60,522 nt of DNA from Dimargaris cristalligena (lineage: Eukaryota): assembly GCA_003614675.1 (NCBI GenBank), contig ML002243.1, forward strand, positions 1 through 60,522. The letters run 5' to 3'. The position numbers were made by a program, and so were the translations under genes. Under the pieces are notes generated by a model. It ran no database searches and had not been told where the DNA came from. It worked only from the letters and a program-made list of their open reading frames with translations. This document shows, one piece after another, positions 11,591 through 21,951 of this stretch (positions within the stretch are counted from its first letter, which is position 1; each line of letters starts with the position of its first letter).

Positions 11591-13891
11591 TTAATACTTG
11601 GACAGCAACTCGTAAGGAGACACGGTAAATATGAGCATAATCAAAATAAGTACAGAGAGAATTATCAAAGTGAGATGGAACGAACTCACGGACAAGTAAA
11701 GACTGACGCACCAACAGGCCCCGACTATGCGGTCGGTATACCAACCCAGTCGCAGTTTCAACTGCCACCAGGGGTCAATGGTGAGGCCCGGTGGCCAGGA
11801 GTCATGGCAACGGCCATCCTCCGTATCATCCTCATCCTCATCCCCGTCATCATCATCATCAGTTTGACTGAAAACATTGGTCGGATCCGCCAGGGACGGA
11901 GAGGAAGGAGCAGCCAACGAAGCAGGGGTCGTGTGGACCTGGAATAAGCCGGATACCGGTCGATGGTCCGAACTAGTGTATGTAAAATGGGCCGAATAAA
12001 ACAACGGCACAATAGCCTGCGACTCGCCTACGCCTTTCACCAGTGACTGCGCCCGGGGTGGTTCCGTAGCACCCATGTCCCTGCTCCTACTCCTATTACC
12101 CATCCCAGGCCCATGGGTCCGGCGGTGCCGGGTTGGATTGCGCCGCGATGCTGGCCGGGACCAGAACAGGATCCGGTCACACCACGACGGATTCCGTTTC
12201 TTGTAGGTGTAGATATTACACCCGACGGTGAATTTATACGTGGGGTTGAACCGGATTTGGGCCTCGTCGAAATCGGCGAACGCGGCTCCGCTCTGTTTTA
12301 CGCGGATGAGTTCGTCGGACTGCAGAAGGATTTGGAGGTCTTTGTCGCGGAGTGGGATAGCCAAAGGTTTTTGGAAGTTTTTGGTGGTGCGGTAATTGAG
12401 GTCGCCGAGGAAGAACACGTGGTCGTGGTCGAAAAGCAGATCTTCGGCTTGGCCGACTTGAAAAGTGTGGGCGGGGGAATGGGTAGAAGGACGCGAAGAG
12501 GGACGGGTCCGGGAATAAAAATCGCCCTTGAGGTCATCGCTGCTACTAAAGGAGGAGGCAGAGGAGTCGTAATCATTGATTAAGCGGGGAATTACGACTG
12601 CAGGGGGGCCGGATTTATCGGGACTGCTGTCGACTGGTGCACGGAGGTTAAAGACGAGGCGGCGGCATATTTTATTATAGTCTCGGTTGCGTTGGGCGGT
12701 TAAATGTTCGTGGGCCGTGAGATGGGCCCCAATGAAACAGAGCTTAATAGGGGCCGGGGGTATCTTCGCCTTCGTACGGGTAAACGTAAATGATGATTTG
12801 GTCGACGGTGGCACTTCCTGTTCTTGGTAGGGGGGAGGAGGATCGTCATCGAGCGTGTCGGGTGGCTGAACTCGGTCGAACTGTAAACTAATTCCAATAG
12901 CGCCCTTGAGTCCAATAAAGGCCGGACCGCATCCCACTCGGTTGATTTGGACACTCCGGGGTGCCAACATGGGTACGGGTAAAGGAACAGCGCCGTCGTA
13001 TTTCAAAGTATAGATAAACAGGAGCATCCCCGCGTAGTGATGGACAACTAAGAGGCGGTAACGGAACCCCGTCCTAGCTTCTGCGGCCGTCAGATCCACT
13101 TCCGCACTTGCATGACTGCCGGCCAGCGAAGATGAGGAGAACGATGATGATGCAGATGCAAAAGAAGCGAATGAAGGGGCGGGAATATCCGTGTTGGCGG
13201 TTGAATCACCCGCTACCGTCAGTCCCGAAGAGGTAAAGGACCAAGTCAATTCCACAGGCAGCTCGACTTCGTTATTTGTTCCCGGGCGTAGCCGGCCCCG
13301 ACTGGCCAGGTCCGTGAGCTGGTCCAGGGAATTGGTGATCATGGTCGTACACGACCGGATAAGACCATTGTTGGAGTCTAACAGCGCGGTATTCAAAGGG
13401 CCGAATTCTTGGAACGCCATACAGTAGAGGTGGGGAAGGCGAAGAAGGAGTTGGCCACAGGGCCGGGGCTGGAATTGGGGCTGGGAGGAGTCGGCGGCGG
13501 AAGTAAGTGGCGTGGAAGGCGGGGACGAGAACAATGGGAGAGGCGGTGGGGACCGCAAGGGAACCGAGGCGGCGGGTGGAAGGGGCGGGGACGAGAAGGG
13601 GTCAAGTACGTGGGGCGGTGGGGACGACCGGTCGGCAGCCACTGGGTCAACATGGGAACTGAGCTTTGGGTTGGGGTTGGAGTTAGGGTCCGAGTTGGCC
13701 TGGGTGTCGGAGCTGGGGTCGACGGCAGTTTTGGAGTCGTCTTTGAGCAGCGTAACATTGGCCAATACCCCGGCCAATAGCCAGTCGTCGAGGGGTTGGT
13801 ATGGCAAACGACTTTGCGCATTGAAGGTGCCCGTGTATACTAGCAAGTCGCCGTGGGCGGAGGTCGCTGACAGTGGTTCGCAGGCGACCAT
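11591..13891 (-). CDS. Inositol polyphosphate 5-phosphatase with C-terminal TM tail (Inp54-like)
   Basis: 5-phosphatase motifs VYTGTFN, MAFQE, GLKGAI, GAHLTAH, FFLGDLNYR, PTYKF, PSWCDRIL, SDHRPV. Hydrophobic C-terminus LTLIILSVLILIMLIFTV. Intronless. Confidence 0.9.
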   Translation of the reverse strand: MVACEPLSATSAHGDLLVYTGTFNAQSRLPYQPLDDWLLAGVLANVTLLKDDSKTAVDPSSDTQANSDPNSNPNPKLSSHVDPVAADRSSPPPHVLDPFSSPPLPPAASVPLRSPPPLPLFSSPPSTPLTSAADSSQPQFQPRPCGQLLLRLPHLYCMAFQEFGPLNTALLDSNNGLIRSCTTMITNSLDQLTDLASRGRLRPGTNNEVELPVELTWSFTSSGLTVAGDSTANTDIPAPSFASFASASSSFSSSSLAGSHASAEVDLTAAEARTGFRYRLLVVHHYAGMLLFIYTLKYDGAVPLPVPMLAPRSVQINRVGCGPAFIGLKGAIGISLQFDRVQPPDTLDDDPPPPYQEQEVPPSTKSSFTFTRTKAKIPPAPIKLCFIGAHLTAHEHLTAQRNRDYNKICRRLVFNLRAPVDSSPDKSGPPAVVIPRLINDYDSSASSFSSSDDLKGDFYSRTRPSSRPSTHSPAHTFQVGQAEDLLFDHDHVFFLGDLNYRTTKNFQKPLAIPLRDKDLQILLQSDELIRVKQSGAAFADFDEAQIRFNPTYKFTVGCNIYTYKKRNPSWCDRILFWSRPASRRNPTRHRRTHGPGMGNRSRSRDMGATEPPRAQSLVKGVGESQAIVPLFYSAHFTYTSSDHRPVSGLFQVHTTPASLAAPSSPSLADPTNVFSQTDDDDDGDEDEDDTEDGRCHDSWPPGLTIDPWWQLKLRLGWYTDRIVGACWCVSLYLSVSSFHLTLIILSVLILIMLIFTVSPYELLSKY

Positions 13892-15515
13892 GGGGCAAAT
13901 GGTAAGTGTGTAGGCGGGTGGATATGAAGGGGAGGTAGTGCAACTGGATAAAAGCAAACGGGAAATGAAGAGAGGTCAAGAGGCAATGGAGCGGAGTGGA
14001 GTGGCGAGTGAGTTAACTAGGGGTATATAGTAAGTTTGGGTAGAAGAAGGAGGGGGGGAGGCGTCACTCTAGTGTACTTAGGTAGCCCCGGCAGCGGCTG
14101 GGGAAGCTAACTAACTAGCTAGGCACGCGTTATACACGCTCTCATTTGGAACTAACTATCCATCTGTCTCGATGTCTATGCGGCCTCTCTCCTATTCTTA
14201 GCTTCCAGTGCGATGGATACATGAGCGCAGTGCACGCACTCCTTCCTTCCTTCCTCCCTCCCTAATTCCCCCGCCCAGCCTCTTTGTTATCTGGGAATCC
14301 GCGGCCTCTATTTGCCACCTTTTCCCCCTGGTGTTGTTCCTCACTGCTGCACTTCACCTGCAGACTGACCTAAGGGGTTGCCGTGGAATTTACAGGCATA
14401 TGAGGGGAGGTGTTCGGTCTGATTGTTCAAGCCCGATGCATCTGGATTCTCCCAAGCGGCAATGAAATGCGATTATACGTCGGAAGTTCGCCACCACGGG
14501 CACATCTTATATGAGTATGTGGGAGGAAGATTAGCACAATACTCCCGATGAGACAATATTAATATTTTGCCTATCGCACCTATTCTGGATTAATGAGTGA
14601 TGATGATACGTGTCACGAGGAGAACGGGTCAGTCGAAATCACCGCCTTACATTGTCGTCCATTTGGCAATTGACCACCGCTCTCTGGCCACATCACCAGC
14701 AAATAATTTCGGAGGTTGATTACAATTGTATGTCGAACAGAGCTGGTGGTGGATGGTGTCCTCCGTAAGCCGATAATAGGGATATAATTTTGAGTAACCA
14801 ATGCGACAGCTTCACCTTTACTTCTAATTGAGCCTCGATATCTCTCCACCAAGATCACCCTGACCGTCATCTTTCTGCTCTGCCCCCAAGTTACGCATAC
14901 TGCTTCTTTTGTACGTGGTATGGGCGAAATGCGTACTTCCCTCCCGATTGATTAAATACCTTGCGATGTCCGGTTCCTTTAAGGAGTAGACATCGCCATT
15001 TCTTTGGCCACATCACCCCGTTCTCATCCCTCCGGCCGGTGTAGAACCAGACTGACGGGATGGTGATAAATTCAGTGACGTCACATGACTGGAGGCACCT
15101 AGTGGAGGAGGTTCTGCGGCTTCTTCAGGAGGATAAGAAGTATTTCGATTACACGCACTCAACGTCAGAAACCAACCAACCACTGCTACATATACTACTC
15201 ACCCATTAAGAACAGTGCTTGGCTGTCCCCAGCCCATATTACCGCAGCAGGTAGAGGGCATTAGTTATATACCCAGAGAGAGACCACCACACATCATCAT
15301 TCAGCCCCAGGCGCCGCATAAACTATTAAAGAAAGAGTCCAACGCATATAACTAATACCCCCCCTCCTATTCACTTTCAGTATTCTGAACCCACCGCTTG
15401 TCTTTCCTTTCCATTGTGCCATAATTCCCCCTACTAACTTCATTACCATTGATAACTACTACCCTTTCTCATTCCAGCATACTATACCATTCCTGATTAC
15501 CGTATAGTATACACC

Positions 15516-16796
15516 ATGTCGCCAAGGCCAGCAACCTCCCCCGAACCCCCCTCTAACGAGCCTCCTCCTAAATTCCAGGTCGTCGACCCCCTTGGCGAGG
15601 GCAACCCTTCTTTCGTACCTACCGTCACTGTGTCTCCTTCGTCGTTCCCCCCTGCCCCCACCCCCAGCCCCAATCCCAAACCCACCACCACCACCCTGCC
15701 GGTCTATACTTCACCTCCTTCGCCCCCCGCGGTCACTCGCACCCTGTCCCGACGCGAACGAGCCACCCGCAACATTCTCATATCCGGTACTGGCCTAGCC
15801 ATTCTCTTCGGTTTCACCGTCCTCATCGGTACCGTTCTCAAGGAATGGTTCGTCTTGGACCAATTCGCCACTAATCTAGAGCAAACCTTAGCCCATGCTG
15901 CTCCGGGTGCTCACGGGGTGCTACGGACGGCCGATAATAGCCATGGTGGAGGAGCGGCAGGTGGTACCCTTCATAAATTAGATTCAACGGTCGGCAGCCA
16001 TCCCCCCATCGACCCTCTTCTAAATATCCGACTCACCGCCGCCCAAACCACTTGGACCCAGTACCTACTCCTGTTCTTCGCCGACAAACGCAACCCCCTT
16101 AACCGTATTTTCGCCAAATGGGGCTGGGCCTGGACCACCGCGGTGTTCTTTACATATGTCCTGGTGGTGATTAACCGGCGGCTACCGGGAACGTGGCCCC
16201 GGTTCGCCTTACGCTGGGGTATGGCCACCCTGTACTGGTATTTGCTGACCCAATGGGCATTCGGTCCCTCCTTCTTTGACCGCGTATTCGTGGGGAGTGG
16301 GGGACGGTGTGCCGCCACCGCTAATAGTAACAACGACCTTGACGGTTTTGGTGCTGGTGAATCAACCACCCAATGGAATGCGGACGCGATTTTCAGCTAC
16401 GCACAATGCCGGCGGGCCCGCGGTACCTGGACCGGAGGGCATGATATTTCGGGACACTGTATGCTGTTAGTCCATGCCTCCCTTTTTCTATGGGAGGAAC
16501 TGTCGCCCTACCTCTTCACCATCACTTTACCCTCTTTCGCCTCGTTCCACCCCGACTGGACCCGCCGCCTCACAGCGGCCCTGGTTGTGACTTTTATTGT
16601 CCTCTGGTACACCATGCTGGTGGTAACGGCTACTTTTTACCATAGTATCCGTGAGAAATTCACCGGCTTGATCTTTGGGTTCCTCTACTGGTTTGTGGCC
16701 TATTTGTATCTGTTCCCCAGTACCACGTACCCCGGTATGCCCGTGGATAGTATTTTGGACGACCCCGCTTCCGAAGAAACCGACAAGCGCAAATAA
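15516..16796 (+). CDS. SCS3: FIT family (Scs3/FIT2) ER acyl-CoA diphosphatase
   Basis: KRNPLNRIFAKWGWAWT, WAFGPSFFDRV, GHDISGHCMLL and TATFYHSIREK motifs; multiple TM helices. Confidence 0.92.
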   Translation: MSPRPATSPEPPSNEPPPKFQVVDPLGEGNPSFVPTVTVSPSSFPPAPTPSPNPKPTTTTLPVYTSPPSPPAVTRTLSRRERATRNILISGTGLAILFGFTVLIGTVLKEWFVLDQFATNLEQTLAHAAPGAHGVLRTADNSHGGGAAGGTLHKLDSTVGSHPPIDPLLNIRLTAAQTTWTQYLLLFFADKRNPLNRIFAKWGWAWTTAVFFTYVLVVINRRLPGTWPRFALRWGMATLYWYLLTQWAFGPSFFDRVFVGSGGRCAATANSNNDLDGFGAGESTTQWNADAIFSYAQCRRARGTWTGGHDISGHCMLLVHASLFLWEELSPYLFTITLPSFASFHPDWTRRLTAALVVTFIVLWYTMLVVTATFYHSIREKFTGLIFGFLYWFVAYLYLFPSTTYPGMPVDSILDDPASEETDKRK

Positions 16797-17420
16797 TTAA
16801 GCGGCAAGTGAGGGTGAGGGTGAGGGTGCTGTGTGGTGGTTGGCTTTGGTTAGTAAAGATGTAGGCACCCTTTAGTATGGGATATTAATTGATGTATGCT
16901 TTGGCATTATAGTGTAACACTCACCCTCCCTCGTGTGGCGTGTACTTGTCGACCCGTATATGTATGTTTTATAGTGACTACATTTCCATGCATGTCCATG
17001 GCTCTAGAGCACTTCTTGTAAATTGCTAGGCGGTGTTGATACAGGGTAGGGTATACTGCCCTGCCCTGTTTTGTTTTTTAATAAAGATAAAAATCCAAAT
17101 CTAAATTAAAGGTTATTGAATAACCTTGAAAAGGGGAATCAAATTTTATTGAGGAAGTATTGTCCGGATTCAAATGTCTCTTTCATTGAAGTAGTAAATA
17201 TAATGATTGAATGGCTAAATATAAAAATAATAATATAGGGCCGGTGGGAAAGTCGGCCATCCTTTTGAAAGGCAAGAAGGTTGGGGGGAAGATGTGTGGA
17301 TATGGTAAGATGTGGGGGAGGGGGTGGTGGACTAACCAAAACAAAAAATAAAAATGAAATAAAAAGCAGGGGTATATATAGTAAATGGGGTGATCAAAGC
17401 CTGCTGCTATGACTGACAAA

Positions 17421-18689
17421 TTACAGATCCATGGGCTGGTTGGGAAGAGCACCGGCTGAGACCAGGGCATTTTCCAAGTCCTCCAGCAAATCCTCGGGAT
17501 CTTCAATACCGACGCACAAGCGAATAAGGTCCTCGGGCAAAGCCCGCTGTTGTCGCACATGGGCGGGAATACTGGCATGGGACATCTGACAGGGCATACT
17601 AATGAGCGAATTGACACAGCCGAAACTCACGCTGATACCCCACAGTTTGGTGGCTTCGACTATGCGTTCGCTCATCTCCACCTGGCCGGTTTCGAAACTG
17701 AGCACGGCACCGGGTCCGGAGGCCATAGACTTATGGAGGGCGTATTGGGGGTGGCTTGGGTTACCCGGGTAGTGGACGCGGAAGCCCCGCCGAATAAGGT
17801 AGTCGGAAATTAGGACGGCGTTGGCCTGCTGCTTTTCCATGCGGACGGCCAGGGTTTTGACGCCCCGGAGCAGCAGCCAGGAATCAAAGGGGCTGAGCCC
17901 GCAGCCGGTCGCGTTGATAACGTGGTAGAGTTGGTCAGCCACGGCGTTCGTTTTAGCGCCAATGACGCCGGCCATCAAATCGTGGTGACCGCTCAGATAC
18001 TTGGTACCCGAATGGTATACGATATCGGCACCGAGATCGAGGGGACGCTGGAGGTAGGGGGACATCATGGTATTATCCACGACGACCAGGGCGCGGGGAC
18101 AGTGTTTGTGGACCAAGTCAGCAATGGTGGGGATGTCAGCAATCTTAATCATGGGGTTGGTGGGGGTTTCCAACAAAACCATACGGGTCCGTTCGGGGTC
18201 GAGGGCCTCGATGATGCGGAGGGGGTCGGTCGTATCGACGTGGTGGGTGGTCACTCCCCCGTGGGTACCTAGGTACCCCAGCAGACGGTTGGTCCCGCCG
18301 TATAAATCGTCGCCCGCAATGATAGCCTCGCCGGCCTTGACCAGACGCAGAATCACGTCCAGGGCACTCATGCCGGAACTCACGACAAAGGCGCGCTGGG
18401 CGTGCATAATTTTGGCGAGGTGGGATTCGACATGGGAGCGGGTCGGGTTGCCGGAGCGGGAGTAGTCGTACTCACCGCTGCCGCTGGCGCTCGGTTGCTT
18501 GAAGGTGGCGGTTTGGTAAATGGGCACGGAGGCGGCATTGTAAGGGTCGCGGATGGTGGAGCCCGGACCGGTCCGACCGCAGATGTCGGTGGCGGAGGTG
18601 TCAATATAGACGAGTTCGGTCGCAGGGCGGTACCGTTTGACGGGATTGAGGGAGGGCGAGTTGGGTTCCGGAGTGAGAAGGTTGGTCAT
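17421..18689 (-). CDS. STR3: Cystathionine beta-lyase (PLP-dependent)
   Basis: YDYSRSGNPTR, SSGMSALD, ETPTNP, VDNTMMSP, PLP-lysine motif HSGTKYLSGHHD, ISVSFGCVNSLISMPC. Start taken at MTNLL (18689). Confidence 0.92.
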   Translation of the reverse strand: MTNLLTPEPNSPSLNPVKRYRPATELVYIDTSATDICGRTGPGSTIRDPYNAASVPIYQTATFKQPSASGSGEYDYSRSGNPTRSHVESHLAKIMHAQRAFVVSSGMSALDVILRLVKAGEAIIAGDDLYGGTNRLLGYLGTHGGVTTHHVDTTDPLRIIEALDPERTRMVLLETPTNPMIKIADIPTIADLVHKHCPRALVVVDNTMMSPYLQRPLDLGADIVYHSGTKYLSGHHDLMAGVIGAKTNAVADQLYHVINATGCGLSPFDSWLLLRGVKTLAVRMEKQQANAVLISDYLIRRGFRVHYPGNPSHPQYALHKSMASGPGAVLSFETGQVEMSERIVEATKLWGISVSFGCVNSLISMPCQMSHASIPAHVRQQRALPEDLIRLCVGIEDPEDLLEDLENALVSAGALPNQPMDL

Positions 18690-20272
18690 GGTGGTGGGAT
18701 AGTGGGGAGGAGGTGGTGGAGGTGGAGGAAGGTGGGTTCGGATGCGGAGTTGGAAGAGAAAAGAGAAGTAGACTGGGGAACAGAAGAGCAAGGAAGGGAA
18801 GGAAAAGGAGAAAGGCAGATATAAGGCAGAGGGAATTAATCAATACCTGGTATATAAAGCGATACGGGGTGGTGGCATTCACTCAAGTGAATAGAGGGTA
18901 TGCGTAAGTATATGCGGCAACCAGGCTTTTCTATGCTAGATTACAAAACTCGCTAAAACTAATGATTCATAATACAACCTGGTATCTTTGTAGGAAGTGG
19001 GTGGTTTGTGGTAGTGTTTGGGCCTAACGTAGGCTCTCTCTTCTCTAGGTTTTAGTATAGAAGGAGTGGGTAGCTGCTAGTCGCTATTTAGAGACCCGGA
19101 AAGAGGAGGAAGGTCACAGTCGGTGTGGAACCAATAGGCGGCCACGCCGATGGTGTGACTGGTGGTTGGCCGAACATGGATTGTTTTTACATTATGTTTA
19201 CAAAGCGAGTCGGCCGTGGGAGGAGAGTAGTGAAATATTAAGTACTGCTAATATGTTCGGGAATTGGGTTAGTTATGACCCTGTTTAGTTGAATTACCGT
19301 TAATAAATAAAATCCTCGCGAGAGATTAAATAACCCCATTTTCCTAACAACCTGATATTTACCACGTATGCAAACTACGGGCGGTAATTGTCAGTAGATG
19401 CCCCGTGCTATAGGGGGGGATATGAGATGAGAGTGGACTAATGATCGAGTATCCTCTCAACACGTACTCTTTAATCGGGCCGCCTCTGGATCTAGCAATA
19501 TTGTTTATTGTCGCATTACCCATTCATTCGCCGGCTTTCGATTGCCGGATCGCACTTATCACATGGACCCAGCGGGCTGGGCAGCATGGGGGGCCTCCGG
19601 TGACTGCTTGCCCTGACCTCGGTTGCCAGCATCTATTTTTATACGGTATGCACATACGCACAAAGCAGATGGGCGCGGATGACGACGACCAATCTGAGCC
19701 ACCACCGCCATAGCCGAACAGCCTATCCGGGCCAATCACCGTATGGAATTCGCATACATAGCAGCACCACCAATGGGACTTCAATCTGTGCGGGATAAGC
19801 AAAAATAAAATCCCATCCACGGGGAACTGGGCCACTGAAGAAGAAAGTAGAGATTATATACTATTCCTCTTCTCAACAGATAAGTAGTAGCATACTCTCC
19901 TTGTATGCGCATACATGGAATCCGAAATATAATAGGCCACATATACCCTTTTCACCACCACAAGGGGCTGCCGTGCCGTTCCAATCAAGCCTACTGTACA
20001 ACATGGCCCTTCCACCGCCCCAATCAAGTTCAAGAGTGTCCCAACAACCACACCCCAAGCCGAGGTAAAGAAAAAAAAACGACACCCTATAAAGACCCCA
20101 CACTCCCCCTCCCGCTTGTGAAAAGATAGCCCAGCAACGCATTCTCTACTTGCCTATTCCGTTCTTATTTAACCCAGCGTTTCCCGCTTTGTTGTTGTCC
20201 CCTTGCTTGGATCCCATCCCACCCTCCCTCCCTCTATCTCTCCCCATCCAACAACTGTCCACCTTTTTCACC

Positions 20273-20524
20273 ATGACTTCCCCCGCCATGCAACAGTTCC
20301 TGAAGCGCTGGTACGCCGTCGAGGTACTTCCCATCATCGGTATCATGACCTTCGCCGTGGGTGGTGCCGGCTGGTACTTGACCCGTCTGGCCCGCGGCCC
20401 CGAAGTCGCCTGGGACAAGAAGAACAACCCCTACCCCTGGCTGCACATTAAGCAGGACGAGAACGCCAAACTCATGTCCGTCAGCCACGACTTCGCTCGC
20501 TCGTGGAACCGCGACCGCTTCTAA
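20273..20524 (+). CDS. NDUFA4/MLRQ (B12D) family small mitochondrial subunit
   Basis: EVLPIIGIMTFAVGGAGWYLTRLARGPEVAWDKKNNPYPW family pattern; strong codon bias. Confidence 0.88.
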   Translation: MTSPAMQQFLKRWYAVEVLPIIGIMTFAVGGAGWYLTRLARGPEVAWDKKNNPYPWLHIKQDENAKLMSVSHDFARSWNRDRF

Positions 20525-21363
20525 ATACATCATACCACTCCTCGGCTTAGCTCAGCTCAACTGCGTTGTGGGCTCTCGTCTGACACAATCTCCCCATTTT
20601 TTTTCTTTTAATACATATTTACCCCTCCCTCGGACTGTGCAGTTGCTGCCCCCCCATCTGCTCTTGCTGGCTGGCTGGTTAGTCTCTCTAAACGAATGCG
20701 CTTAGATTCATAGAAGCAAACAACCTGGCCTATTTTCCCCTAAATAAACCCCCATCTTTGATATATATATGATTGGTATCTCATGTTGAAGCAATTACGG
20801 AAGGAGTCTTATCACTCCCCCTCCTCTCATCCCTCTATCTTAGCAAAGGGATTGTACGATGGTTAGACAGGCCAAGTGACCACCAGCTGTTGTTGCCGCC
20901 ACTCGCCGCTCATGAATACTATACATATCTCATAATAAGAGTGCATACTATGCTCATATGCGAGAGAATAAAAGGTGTTTACCGTCTTTTTATTGCCAGA
21001 TAGAAAAGGGGTAGGCCAAAATAAAGATTGGGGAGCGTGAGGTGGTGGAGGAAAATACGTATTTACGGTACATAGACAGGATTTGAGTACAGGACACATG
21101 AAGATAACGGTTATAAACGATTCAAAGAACGAAAAATAGAAGGAGCGGGGAAAACACAACCAGGGCAGCCCACATAATGGGAATGATAGAACGGAGCGAG
21201 TTAATAGTATAGCGAGAGAGCATGTGGAGGCAGTAAGTTGGAGAAAAGAAGGGGATGATGACAGCAACGACAGGGATTATTAGATACCATCCACAGGGAG
21301 GAGAGGGATTTCGAGGAGAAAAAGGTCAGGTATGGGGGAGAGAGATTATGGACCCGATCCCTT

Positions 21364-21951
21364 TTAAGCCTTATCAGCCTCGTGCTGGTCAATGGAATCA
21401 ATCTGCTCTTCGGCATCTTCTTCATCGGCGTAATCGACATCTTCGATTTCGCCGTCCAAATCCTCCTCGTCGTCGTCCTCATCATCATCGTATTCACCTT
21501 CATCCTCCTCTTCCTCGTCATCGAGGACCTCCTCGGCGGTGGCATCCAATTCGTAGTCGTCGTCTTCTTCTTCGTTGTAGTCGTCCCCGTCGTCTTTGAG
21601 TAAGGCGAGGGTCTCGGAAATTTCGACACCCACGGAATCATCCCCGGCCGCCATACCAGTGGGGGCTAGCGTCGACGCCGCTTCCGATTCCGCGGACTTG
21701 GCTTCGACATGGTCGCTCTTGGCACGCTTAGTCGCACGCTCGGTATCCGCATCGGTGGATTCGGTGGTGGTATTGGTGGTCACCGCCGCAGCAGCAGCAG
21801 CATCGGCAGATTCGATGTTAGTGGATTCGTCGAGCTTCTCGTCGTGGCTACCCCCGGTGGTTTTGCCAGTGGTGGTGGCGTTGGACGCGTCCTTGGGAGT
21901 GACGACCTCGACGGTCTCAATAGTGGTTCTGATTTCCTGGGCCACGGTCAT
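21364..21951 (-). CDS. Small, highly acidic disordered protein with basic patch (possible nuclear protein)
   Basis: 195-aa ORF with coding-like codon usage, RATKRAK patch and a long D/E-rich C-terminal third. Confidence 0.7.
   Translation of the reverse strand: MTVAQEIRTTIETVEVVTPKDASNATTTGKTTGGSHDEKLDESTNIESADAAAAAAVTTNTTTESTDADTERATKRAKSDHVEAKSAESEAASTLAPTGMAAGDDSVGVEISETLALLKDDGDDYNEEEDDDYELDATAEEVLDDEEEEDEGEYDDDEDDDEEDLDGEIEDVDYADEEDAEEQIDSIDQHEADKA

Noticed and set aside
14525-14537. GAAGATTAGCA, matching part of the U6 snRNA core
   Set aside because: Only about 11 nt; no ACAGAGA box or other U6 sequence around it.
10325-18824. Long antisense or alternative-frame ORFs over NUXM, Inp54-like, SCS3 and STR3 (similar ones overlie DNAJC11 and the channel)
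   Set aside because: Shadow ORFs expected from GC-rich codon bias; no recognisable motifs.
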